Notes under the pieces: generated by a model
The model's database searches: none
What the model was told of the DNA's origin: nothing
Seen by the model: only the letters and a program-made list of their open reading frames with translations
Program-made: the position numbers and the translations under genes
Shown: one piece after another, positions 1 through 11,400 of the stretch
Layout of the letters: every line of letters begins with the position of its first letter
Numbering within the stretch: position 1 is the first letter of the stretch
Assembly (NCBI GenBank): GCA_964016885.1
Contig: OZ024741.1
Span: 263,686,001-263,750,000 of the forward strand
Length of the DNA: 64,000 bases
Reading direction: 5' to 3'
Origin: Eledone cirrhosa
Lineage: Eukaryota

Positions 1-214
1 TATATATATGTATATATATATATGTATATTAATATATATGTATATATATATGTGTATATATATATATATTTATATATATGTATATATATATGTGTATATA
101 TATATATATATTTATATATATGTATATTTATATATGTATATATATATATGTATATATATGTATATTTATATATGTATATATATATATGTATATGTATATA
201 TATTTATATTTATT

Positions 215-245
<31 letters not shown>

Positions 246-246
246 T

Positions 247-337
<91 letters not shown>

Positions 338-338
338 T

Positions 339-373
<35 letters not shown>

Positions 374-374
374 T

Positions 375-405
<31 letters not shown>

Positions 406-1013
406 TTATATATATATATTTATATATTTATTTATATATATATTTATATATATATTTATATATATTTATATATATTTATATATATATATATTTATATATA
501 CATATTTATATATATATATATTTATATATATATATATATTTATATATACATATTTATATATATATATATTTATATATACATATTTATATATATATATATT
601 TATTTATATATATTTATATATATATTTATTTATATATATTTATATATATATTTATTTATATATATTTATTTATATATATTTATATATATATATATTTATT
701 TATATATATTTATTTATATATATTTATATATATATATATTTATATTTATATATATATATTTATATATATATTTATATATATATATTTATATATACATATT
801 TATATATATATATTTATATATTTATATATATTTATATATACATATTTATATATATACATATATATTTATATATATATATTTATTTATATATATACATATA
901 TATTTATATATATATATTTATATATACATATTTATATATACATATTTATATATACATATTTATATATATGTCTATATATTTATATATATGTTTATATATT
1001 ATATATTACATAT
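1..1013. repeat. Degenerate (TA)n / TATTTA microsatellite tract
   Basis: Almost pure A/T dinucleotide repeat; the YIYI ORFs are artefacts. Confidence 0.98.
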
Positions 1014-1238
1014 GGAGGCACATGGCTTAGTGGTTAGAGCATTGGCACTGGCAATCGAAAGGTTGTGAGTTCAATTCTCAGACCGGGTGATGTGTTGTTT
1101 CCTTGAGCAAGACACTTTATTTCACATTGCTCCAGTTTACTCAGCTGTAGAAATGAGATGATAGGGACTGGGGTCCATATCATTCCACTGCAAAGTGGTC
1201 GTGGAGGTGCCATGGCAAAAAAGCACCCAGCACTCACT
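1014..1238 (+). mobile_element. tRNA-derived SINE (family A, CORE-like centre, RTE-derived tail), cut by the assembly gap
   Basis: A-box-like TGGCTTAGTGG, B-box-like GAGTTCAATTC, central TCCTTGAGCAAGACACTT; near-identical to 4958-5300 and 47802-48168. Confidence 0.85.
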
Positions 1239-1438
1239 NNNNNNNNNNNNNNNNNNNNNNNNNNNNNNNNNNNNNNNNNNNNNNNNNNNNNNNNNNNNNN
1301 NNNNNNNNNNNNNNNNNNNNNNNNNNNNNNNNNNNNNNNNNNNNNNNNNNNNNNNNNNNNNNNNNNNNNNNNNNNNNNNNNNNNNNNNNNNNNNNNNNNN
1401 NNNNNNNNNNNNNNNNNNNNNNNNNNNNNNNNNNNNNN
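1239..1438. other. Assembly gap (200 N)
   Basis: Run of exactly 200 N, a typical scaffolding placeholder. Confidence 0.99.
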
Positions 1439-2027
1439 TGCTGCGATGTGGGACCAAACGCTGAATCCTTGTAGTTGTAAAAAAAAAAAAAATTAAGCGA
1501 ATTTGTTCAGCTCTTCAGCCATGTGCATTATAGCACGTGGTATATCTGTTTGCCAAAAGCGAGAGAGGAAAAAAAAAGCAAGAATGCTTTCTCTATCAAC
1601 TTCAAGTTTAGCTGAAAGTCACGTGTACTTTATTTTCTTTTTCTTCAAAGTAGGACTCTGTCTTATTGAATAAGGGTAATGAAAGGATATAAAATATGTA
1701 GGAATATATATTTAATTGACGGTAGAACCAAGACAGCGTTTAAGCATAATAGAGGTGTATATGAAAACATATATTTATACATTTATATGCAATAAACATA
1801 TGGGTAGCCATGAAAAACGTTTACTTTGCTCTGTGAATATATCAGAGTTGCCAGTACGTTTTGAGAATGTCAGACATTCGAGATTTTTCGTCGGCGAAAC
1901 TTACTCAACCGGTACTGGCATGAAATAGACTAGTCTATATAGAATTTTACTGGCGATGCTCATTTGCATATAACAAATAGAAAACATCGGCTGGGAATGT
2001 TCATTTGCATATAGGGTGAACTTGGCT

Positions 2028-2085
<58 letters not shown>

Positions 2086-2209
2086 TTAAGTACCAGCCGT
2101 ACTAAGAGTAAGAAATGAAATTTCGTTTCATTCTTTTCCATATATATATATAAAATAATTAAGTCAAATATGTATAATTTGGTTTCGTTTATTATAAATT
2201 ATAGATATG

Positions 2210-2264
2210 CTGCTATATATATATTTCGGTGACAGCCATCATTGGCTGTGACCTCTTCAGGCAG
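2210..2264 (-). ncRNA. Minimal type I hammerhead ribozyme (mirror copy in left arm)
   Basis: Reverse complement reads CUGC-CUGAAGA-GGUCACAGCCA-AUGA-UGGCUGUCACC-GAA-AUAUAUAUAUA-GCAG. Confidence 0.75.
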
Positions 2265-2509
2265 TCCGAATTGGTGTGGGAAAGACAGGTACACGTTGTT
2301 GGAGTGTGTTTTACTCACTCAATACATCGATATGTCCATCTCCTGGTTGTGTTATTTCTCTGAGGAACTGGAATTCGTTTGTTCTAGCTCATATGATTCC
2401 AGTTCCTCAGAGAAATAACAACACAACCAGGAGCTGGACATATCGATGTATTGACGGAGTAAAACACACTTCAACAACATGTGTACCTGTCTTTCCTACA
2501 CCAATTCGG

Positions 2510-2564
2510 ACTGCCTGAAGAGGTCACAGCCAATGATGGCTGTCCCCGAAATATATATAGCAGT
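2510..2564 (+). ncRNA. Minimal type I hammerhead ribozyme
   Basis: Stem I ACUGC(2510-14)/GCAGU(2560-64); core CUGAAGA 2515-21; stem II GG..ACAGCCA-AUGA-UGGCUGU..CC; GAAA 2548-51; 2-bp stem III with palindromic AUAU loop; AUA cleavage triplet. Confidence 0.8.
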
Positions 2565-2721
2565 ATATCTATAATTTATAATAAAGGAAGCCAAAATTTT
2601 ACATATTTGACTTAATTATTTTACATTACTCCGGAGTAAACAAACCAACCTGCGTACTTCGTCGAGTGCTCCAATCTGCATATTGAGGTGTCGGTAAACC
2701 AACATATACTCAACATATACT

Positions 2722-2766
<45 letters not shown>

Positions 2767-2780
2767 TACAGGTTAAAAAT

Positions 2781-2830
2781 AACGTCGGTGATAGCCGTTA
2801 TGCAACAGCTATGACCTCATCAGACAGCTA
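2781..2830 (-). ncRNA. Decayed hammerhead-like motif
   Basis: Minus strand CUGAUGA + stem II GGUCAUAGCUGUU-GCAU-AACGGCUAUCACC, followed by GACGUU instead of GAAACGUU. Confidence 0.5.
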
Positions 2831-2994
2831 GAATTTGAACAGAAAAGAACCCTCTCCCCCTCCCGAAAAACAGAGATAGAATAAAGTTTACTTCGGTTAT
2901 TTGATATGCTCCGTGCTGTATATCTATATAGTGACCTCACTGTTCCTATCAGTGCTTGTATCACGATAAAAATAATCCAGTCCATCCTGTAAGG

Positions 2995-3170
2995 TACTGG
3001 AGTTAAGATAAGATACTTCATTACACGCTGTAAAGTGGTTGGCGTTAGGAAGGGCAACCAGCTGTATGAACCAAGCCAATACGAGATCGCCTGATTAGTC
3101 AAACCACAGTACGTGCCAACCCATCTATCCTGTGCAAACATAGAAAATAGACGTTAAATGGCGATGATAT
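2995..3170 (+). mobile_element. Decayed RTE/SINE 3' tail fragment
   Basis: GTGGTTGGCGTTAGGAAGGGCA..CAGCTGTA ... GACGTTAAATG..GATGAT, homologous to the RTE 3' ends in this window. Confidence 0.6.
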
Positions 3171-3384
3171 TGATTTTTATAATAATGAATTGGCCTAGTA
3201 TTGATGAGTACTCAATACTATAATAGAGATTAATATTTTCTTTATTAAGGCCAAGTCCGGGTCTTGTTGTGGAGTTTCATCTGTGTACTCATGGGAGAGT
3301 CTTGTCTGCTGAACTTGTGTGTCCCAAGAAGAAACTCCAGAGTAACAAGAGTCTCACTTCGCCAATATATTTATCTATCTATAT

Positions 3385-3606
3385 CTCGATCCATGGACGA
3401 GTTCTCTCCAGCGGGTCTCTGTCCTTAGGGGCATCAACATATGTCATCCTCGGTTCCCTTCTTCGTCTGTCAGGACCTCTGAATATCGGTGAGCATCTCC
3501 AGCCAACCTCAGTCTCTTCTGTGTCACTTTCAAGCTGACTTTTGGGAGGCTCCTGTGCGTACTAGTTAATGTTCAGAGCCATCCTCAACATTCTCGTGTA
3601 GCACCG
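3385..3606 (-). pseudogene. Decayed RTE-like LINE ORF2 C-terminal fragment
   Basis: Minus-strand translation gives CYTRMLRMALNI..LPKVSLKVTQKRLRLAG..MTYVD, typical of the RTE C-terminus, with deletions. Confidence 0.55.
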
Positions 3607-3618
3607 CTTCACCATTTG

Positions 3619-3674
<56 letters not shown>

Positions 3675-3675
<1 letters not shown>

Positions 3676-4937
3676 AAAATGTATGACCCCGGCGGCAGAG
3701 CTCAAGCCATTTCGACGGCTATTTCTGGACTAAATTAGAATTTTTAGCCTGGTAAATAAATAGCCGAACCTTTCAAGAGGTACTTTCTTATATGGGAAGA
3801 TTGTAGTTGTCAAGAGGATTGGTCAAAATTTATTGTAAACACAATTAAGTCTATCATGGCAGTGGGTGGGAGGTGGGGTGGCTGAACTGGCTTGTAGAAC
3901 AATGAATGAGTGGGTGGAGCCGGTCAAGCGTTGAAAGTGAAATCTATACGGCAAATTCTAAGGATTGTGTATGAAAGTAGGCCAGAGGAAGTAGACGAAA
4001 AAGGGATATGGAGAAAATAGAGGAGGGACGTTATAGAATAGGTAAATCAATTGAGATTAGGAGACAATGAAAAAATTAGAGAAAGATATATAAAAATATA
4101 AATTTGGATAGTGAGAAGTGATAAAAAACAAAAACTGTGGAGTCTAAAACAGCTGCTATAATTAGTTGGTGTTGCTTTTTCGGCCAATGCTATAGAATAG
4201 GTTAATAAGTTGAGAATAGAAGATACTAAATAAGAATTTTTGAAATTATAGAATTGGGTAGTAAAAAGTAATACAAAATCTCTGGAGTCTAACACAGCTG
4301 CTATGATTAGTTAGTATTGCGTTTTTGGCCAATGCTATCTTTAATTTACTGGGGTGGGGGTACTGAGGCTACAGAGGCCCTATGGGCTTCCTCGGAGTAG
4401 GCGAAAGGGGGAAGAGGGAGAAGATCGGGGTGGGAGGAGACGAAAGGAAGAAGAAAACAGGAAAAGAAAAGAGGTACATCTACCTTGTAAGCTGGGGTTT
4501 CCCCTATCTTATTCGGCAAGTGGGATGTTTCAGCCATTGTCTACCCACCCGGGTCGTTAGGGAGTTTGAGGGCGAGGCAAGTCCTACGCAATCGGTGTTT
4601 GCATGCAGTTACCAGTTCGTTTTTTTTGTTTAGGAGTTGGTCCTTTGTAAACAGCATTTGTAATGTTGTAGGAGTTAGCTCTGGACAGTAAGCTCCAAGT
4701 AAGATTGTATGTACTCTTAATAACTACAATCTTCCCATGTAAGGAAGTACCCCTTGAAAAGTTCGGCTATTTATTTACCAGGCTAAAAATTCTAATTTAG
4801 TCCAGAAATAGCCGTCGAAACGGCTTCAGCTCTGCCGTCGGGGTCATACATTTTCATAATACCCACTCTACTACCCTACGTATTGAGTACTCTGGTGCGT
4901 TATAGTCCATCTGGTTCCTTACCACAACTCCTTCGTT
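3675..4937 (+). mobile_element. Inverted-repeat element with hammerhead ribozyme; putative Penelope-like derivative
   Basis: 134-bp inverted arms 3675-3808 / 4722-4855, a ~910-bp purine-rich non-coding interior, a 3' tail with CGTATTGAGTACTC, and (TA)n on both sides. Confidence 0.7.
4737..4851 (+). ncRNA. Type I hammerhead ribozyme, U3-A8 core variant
   Basis: Stem I ACCCC(4749-53)/GGGGU(4840-44) plus distal AUGUA/UACAU; core UUGAAAA 4754-60; long stem II CGGCUAUUU/AAAUAGCCG; GAA 4817-19; stem III ACGGC/GCCGU; GUC cleavage at C4839. Confidence 0.75.
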
Positions 4938-4957
4938 ATATATATATATATATATTT

Positions 4958-5300
4958 GGAAGCACATGGCTTAGTGGTTAGGGCATTGGCCTTGCAATCG
5001 AAAGGTTGTGAGTTCAATTCTCAGACCGAGTGATGTGTTGTTTCCTTGAGCAAGAAACTTTATTTCACATTGCTCCAGTTTACTCAGCTGTAGAAATGAG
5101 ATGATAGGGACTGGGGTCCCTATTATTCCACTGCAAAATGGTTGTGGAGGTGCCACGGAAAAAAAAAGCACCCAGCACTCACTGTAAATGAGGTTGGTGT
5201 TAGGAAGGGCATCCAGCTGTAGAAATCAAGCCAGAATCAGTTCCCGTCCCACCCTTGCAAGCTGGGAAAAGTGGACGTAAAATGAAATGATGATGATGAT
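4958..5300 (+). mobile_element. tRNA-derived SINE family A, full length, (TGA)n tail
   Basis: A/B boxes, CORE-like centre, and a 3' part matching the RTE 3' UTR at 18591-18743; ends GGACGTAAAATGAAATGATGATG. Confidence 0.88.
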
Positions 5301-5438
5301 ATTTATATAATACAAGGGCGATTTGTTAAGCCTTCATTACGTTTATTGATTGGTGCGGCACCTCGCCACTGACGTGAACCTATACATCTAGTGCTCACTT
5401 GGGTGAACCTACAGTAACTTCACGTTACACACCCTGGA

Positions 5439-5734
<296 letters not shown>

Positions 5735-6476
5735 AGAGGAGACAGTGTTAGAGCAACCAACAACCACTTATGTTTGTTTTTTTTAATCACTGCTAGATTT
5801 ATTAAAATTATTATTATATGCCGAAGGAGAGAGCTAGCAGCAATCATTCAGTCCCACTCTCTCTTACTTTCAAGTACTACTAGCTCACCCCCCCCCCCTC
5901 TCTCAAATATTACCTATTTCAGTTCCCTCTCTCTGTATCTCTTAAACATCAGGTTGGTATTTTCCTTTCATTCTTTCACACACTGCTTTCGGTCACTACC
6001 TCTCTCTCCCCCTTTTCCTCTTCTCTCACACTCTTTACTTCTTCATTTTGTGGTTTTCTCTAGCTCACACTTTTTCTCTATCTTTTACCTCTTTTTATTC
6101 TCTTTCACCTTTTCTCCTCTAGCTCACACACATCCTCTTTCTCTTCTTGCTTCATTCTTTCTCGTTTTTTCTCGCCTTCTCACTCTTATCTTTAACTCAC
6201 TCACGTTCTCCCCCCCCCGTATCTTTTTGCTTCCCTTCTCTTTCCCTTGTTCCCCCTCCCCTCAGCCAACTGAACGAAAAATCTGCCGTATTATGTGCCA
6301 TACTTCTCTCACCATCAATGCTGACAAACTCTGAAAGAAAGGGGAAAAAAAAACGTACTTTCTAGAAATCATCTAAATATATATGTGTGTGTGTGTGTAT
6401 GTGTGTCATGTATTGTATGTTGGTGAATATGTGAATGAATGCCAAGGAATGTAGGGGATGAATCTGAAGTAAATAA

Positions 6477-6509
<33 letters not shown>

Positions 6510-7702
6510 AGACAGCTAATGGGCGAGATTAGAGCTGTAAGGTCAAATATCTTTGTATGTGTGAGAGTATATATGTATATATAACCGTATCTCTTTATAA
6601 TATATATACGCACACACACACACATACATACACACATATATATATATATATATATATACGTATATACTGTCAAACACGTGTAAGTATATATATATGTGTA
6701 TGTGTGTATACGGGCGGGTATATACGATGTTTGTTTTTGTAAGCTGTGTCTGAGAGAAGGAGAGAAATTGCTAGAACTGAGTCATGTTATTTATGTTGAC
6801 AAGTAAAATGTAAAAATGGGATGGTAGCTGTATATGTAAGTAACTGAGTGTATATGCCTGCAGGAAGAAAAGCTTTGTTTCTTCCTTGTGTGTATGTGTG
6901 ACACACATACAACCACTCCTGCAAAAGTGGTGTGATGGTAGTCTGATGGTAGTGGTAGCAGGAGAAAAACTGTTATTATTACCAGAGCTAAACACTGTAT
7001 ATATATTTAAACTCATTCCCATGAGTTGCGAGGTCAAATCCTGTCAGGGTATGTATGACTTTGTTTCGTCTTTCATTCCTCCCACAGTCGATAGAATGAA
7101 TATTTCTGAGGCTAGTACTTATTCTAACAACCCTATGGAGTCAGTTTAGTTTAATTTACATTGAGCTGCTAAATGCAAATCAATTACATTGATCCTCTAT
7201 TCTCAATTTAATCGATTTGCACTTAATTCCTCCCCCAAAACGTAGGACAGTTTTGTTCCAAACTTAGAAGTCATTGCTATTAACTCTTACCATCCTGTAT
7301 GTACCAAATAAAACCATATTAAGACATTCTTGAAAAGACAAAACAGCAGTATGGTTGCATTACATTTAAAATATCAGTGTCTGTTCTAATATTGCAATTC
7401 TTCACAATGATCTGTCCCTCAGTAAAGATACTATGAATATTGGGATTTAAAAAAAAAACTAAAAAACATTACATTAACAAAACATTAGTTAATGAGGTAG
7501 TTCAAAATACAATGAGAGCTAGGCTAAAATTTCTTGTGTGTATACAGGAAAGCAGTTGTTGTATCAATTATTTAGTCTCCTTGTGGAACATATGGCCCAT
7601 GATGCCCTTTATTTATTACAGCTTGAGTTTGGGATTGAACTGACTATTTTTGTTTATTTAGCAATTAATTGAGGTTTGCTTACTACCTCTTTCAATTTGC
7701 AG

Positions 7703-7771
7703 ATTCCAGTGGATAATCATGTGATTAAATGTAAACAAAATGTGTGCCTGACACAACTTATTTACATAATG
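7703..7771 (+). other. Candidate internal exon (69 nt) of an unidentified transcript
   Basis: Acceptor CTCTTTCAATTTGCAG, donor ATG|GTATGA, non-repetitive context; peptide not recognised. Confidence 0.3.
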
Positions 7772-8186
7772 GTATGACCCAGAACAGTGAGAAAGGGGCA
7801 GTTGACATAGACCCTATGATTTGATAGGCCTGCTCCCTCTGCTAGACAAAGTGGGTTTCTTTAGTGAAGATTTTTCTCTCTCTATAAATAGTTCTAGTTC
7901 TTTTACTGTTTTGTTACTTGTAAATACATCTTGTACACTACATGTGTGTGTTTATGTATATATATCACGATGAGTGGAGAGATGCTTTGCTGAAAAGGAC
8001 CCATAGAAACATGGAAAAGTGGACGTAAAAACAAAGATGATGACGGTGTATATATATATATATATTTATACATATGTATTTAACACTGATTAAAATACCT
8101 AACAAGCAGTTTGAAACAAGGCCTATATTTTGCACCTGGCACAAATCTTGTCAGTAGATACAGCCTACATTTCACATCTGACATTC

Positions 8187-8704
8187 CCAGTTGAAATGGG
8201 GAGGTGCCTACATCTCACAATAGGCCTGGACCTATTGCCAGTTGAAATGGGGTGGAGCCTACATATCACAATAGGCCTGGACCTATTGCCAGTTGAAATG
8301 GGGTGGAGCCTACATATCACAATAGGCCTGGACCTATTGCCAGTTGAAATGGGGTGGAGCCTACATATCACAATAGGCCTGGACCTATTGCCAGATGAAA
8401 TGGGGTGGAGCCTACATATCACAATAGGCCTGGACCTATTGCCAGTTGAAATGGGGTGGAGCCTACATATCACAATAGGCCTGGACCTATTGCCAGTTGA
8501 AATGGGGTGGAGCCTACATATCACAATAGGCCTGGACCTATTGCCAGTTGAAATGGGGTGGAGCCTACATCTCACAATAGGCCTGGACCTTATTGCCAGT
8601 TGAAATGGGTGGAGCCTACATCTCACAATAGGCCTGGACCTTATTGCCAGTTGAAATGGGGTGGAGCCTACATCTCACAATAGGCCTGGACCTTATTGCC
8701 AGTT
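8187..8704. repeat. 51-bp minisatellite, ~10 copies
   Basis: Unit CCAGTTGAAATGGGGTGGAGCCTACATATCACAATAGGCCTGGACCTATTG; explains ORFs 8130 and 8165. Confidence 0.95.
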
Positions 8705-8850
8705 GTGTTTTGCTTGTGTGCAAGGTTGACAGCTTGTCAAAAATTACCACAGTAACAATGTAACATTTGTTAGGAATATATAAATATATCCAGTTAAGAT
8801 GTGGATATATATATATATGTGTATGTGTGTGTGTGTTAAATAATAATAAG

Positions 8851-9103
8851 GAGCAGGAACGAAGTATCAATATGGCGTCATGTTTATTCACATATGGCAC
8901 TGGTTCCATAATTGATCAGCTCGAGGTACGATTGGTATTGATTGCGCCTGACTCTGGAATCAATAGCTCATCAGACTCATTAGAAAATCATCAAGTCAAT
9001 TCCAGAATTGGGCAGGATCAATGCTGATTGTACTCTGAGCTGATCGATTGCAAAACGATGTGAATAAACATAACACTGTTATATTGATACTTTGTTCCTG
9101 CTC
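8851..9103. repeat. Imperfect ~250-bp palindrome (MITE-like or hairpin RNA)
   Basis: GAGCAGGAACGAAGTATCAATAT ... ATATTGATACTTTGTTCCTGCTC, with pairing continuing inward to TCTGGAAT/ATTCCAGA. Confidence 0.8.
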
Positions 9104-9107
9104 ATTA

Positions 9108-9715
9108 TTGGATTGGTTGTATCAGCAGAGGGTCTGACGCCATGCTTTGCAGCAAAGAGTTACGGCCCTTTATGGTCTGAGTTCAAATCCTGCCGAGGTT
9201 AACTTTGCCTTTCATCCTTATGAGGTCAATAAAATAAAGTACCAGTAATGCACTGGATAATTGCTGGCCTTGTGCCAAAAGTAGAAATAATAATAATAAT
9301 AATAATTATTATTATTGGATTGGCAGTATTGGTAGAGGGCCGGACGCCACGCTTTGCAGCAAAGAGTTACGGCCCTTTATGGTCTGAGTTCAAATCCCGC
9401 CGACGTTAACTTTGCCTTTCATCCTTATGGGGGTCGATAAAATAAAGTACCAGTCACGGACTGAGGTCTATTTAATCGACTTTCCCCAGTCCAAGAATTG
9501 CTGGCCTTGTGCCTATACTAGAAATTGTTATTATTAGACTGGCAGTATCGGTAGATACTTTGCAGCATAGTTACGGCTCTTTACTGTCTGAGTTCAAGTC
9601 CCGCCGAGGTTAGCTTTGCCTTTCGTCCTTACGGGGTAATAAAATAAAGTACCTGTAACGCACTGAGGTTGATTTAATCCCCCCCCCCATTTCTAGCCCT
9701 TGGAATTAATATTAT
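9108..9715 (+). mobile_element. Tandem array of 3 tRNA-derived SINEs (family B, Meta-domain-like centre)
   Basis: Each unit has TGGCAGTATCGGTAGAG, GAGTTCAAATCC, CTTTGCCTTTCATCCTTACGGGGTCGATAAAATAAAGTACC and a TGGCCTTGTGCC..AGAAA(TAA/TTA)n end. The family name is from memory of the consensus and unverified. Confidence 0.85.
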
Positions 9716-10235
9716 TAGCATTCTGCTTCTTAAAGTTACTAACTACAGTGAAATACCAAATGTAGAATACCACATCGGTAGCTGGACCCACCCATATTAC
9801 TAAACTGGTGAACGAATAGTAACTAAACGTTACACAGCAATAAACATTACACAGCTATCAATTTAAGGAAAGTTAAGGGTTGGGATATACAGTTGATGCC
9901 TGAGGTTAGGATTTTTTGGGAGTTTGTCTTGTCTCTAATATAGACATTTAGTTCATGATTGGTGGTTTTTATGAGTTTGGAATCTGATGGTCTTGTCGAC
10001 TAGATGCTTTGTTTATTGTTGGCTTTGTTTTCGGAGTGCTTCGTTTACATATAGGGCAGTTGATGATTGCTTGTATTTGTTCTATATATGTATAGTATAG
10101 GTGTATGTATATTTAGGGTAGTTATCGATGGTGAATAGACTGGTTGGAGCAATAACGGCCCTGTTTACCGATATATGTGTGTATGTGTGTATACTCACAC
10201 ATACACACACACACACATACACACACACACACATA

Positions 10236-11358
10236 TAGAAAGGAGAATAGGGCACATGTGCCCTCTGGGAAATGGCCATGCTCAGTGTGTAAGAAAGGAG
10301 TAGGCAGAAACTCCATTTTATGTCCCAAATGCAAAATATGGGTGCATAAAAGATGTAGTGGGATCAGAGGTAAGCTATCTAAGAATGTAGATTTTATATG
10401 TGGCCGATGCTCAGGTGCAGTAAATAGCACGGACCCACTGGATGATATCTCCTTCAACTGCCCAGACGGTTCTATAGAAATAGTAGACACCTTCCGTTAC
10501 CTGGATGACATAATCAGCAGTGGAGGAGGGTGCTCTGAAAGTGAGGTAGCCAGAGTTAGAATGGGATGGAATAAGTTCAGAGAGCTAATACTGCTGTTGG
10601 CTACAAGGGGTTTTTCTCTAAAAATGAAAGATGCATGTATACGAACGGCGATATTGGTAGTGAGACTTGGGCATTGTGTGCTGAAAACCTGCGTAGATTA
10701 GAAAGAAATGAAGCTTGCATGCTCTGATTGATGTGTAATAGTAACATGTGCGAAAGGCGAAGCATAAACGAACTAAGAGGGAGACTAAGCATAAGAGGTA
10801 TTAAATGTTGTGTTCTGGAGAGGAGATTGCGTTGGTATGGACATGTGATGCGTATGAAGGACGACAGCTGTATAAAAAAGTGCAGGGCAATGAAACTTGA
10901 TGGAAGCTGCGGAGTGGGTTGACCAAGAAAAACCTGGGACGAGGTGATAAAAACTGACCTTGCCCACCTACACCTCTCTCAGACAATGACACTGGATCGA
11001 GACCTTTGGTGCCATGCAGTTGTACAGAAGACCCGACTGCCATTGCATACATACCTACAGGCACATCTTAACTCAATGTACACCCTACCTCATCCTCCCT
11101 CTCCCTTTCCATCCACTGTGTTCATGACACAACAGTCCACTCTGTAAGGTGGCCGTTTAGGAAACACGGTGAAAAGGCTCCCAGTCCACACTGCAAATGT
11201 GGTTGGTGTTAGGAAGGGCATCCAGCTGTAAAAAAAAACCCAAAACCTGCCAGAGACACTTCCTTGCGAGCGAGACATGGTCTCCCGACCATTCCTGCAT
11301 CAAATGGAACAAAACCGTCTAACCCATGCTAGCATGGAAGATGGACATTAAATGATGA

Positions 11359-11361
<3 letters not shown>
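10236..11361 (+). mobile_element. 5'-truncated, frameshifted RTE LINE (PHD finger, RT C-terminus, 3' UTR, (ATG)n tail)
   Basis: ORFs 10177 and 10728 align by eye with the C-terminal part of the 953-aa ORF (GKWPCSVC..WVHKRC..CGRC; [12 protein letters not shown]). Confidence 0.93.

Positions 11362-11400
<39 letters not shown>

Larger units (their letters stand above)
2151..2703 (+). mobile_element. Fold-back (palindromic) element with hammerhead ribozymes; putative non-autonomous Penelope-like element (inverted pLTR plus 3' tail)
   Basis: ~224-bp inverted arms 2151-2374 / 2396-2623 with a 21-nt loop, an unpaired 3' extension 2624-2703, (TA)n on both sides, and a hammerhead motif in each arm. 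Confidence 0.75.

Noticed and set aside
8-1068. Long YIYI ORFs (and similar CVCV, HTHT and LSLS ORFs throughout)
   Set aside because: Translations of dinucleotide microsatellites that lack stop codons.
1014-1090. tRNA genes at the SINE heads
   Set aside because: A/B boxes are present but no complete cloverleaf was seen, and they run on into SINE bodies.
8187-8704. CRISPR-like hairpin repeat array
   Set aside because: No unique spacers, no cas genes, eukaryotic context.
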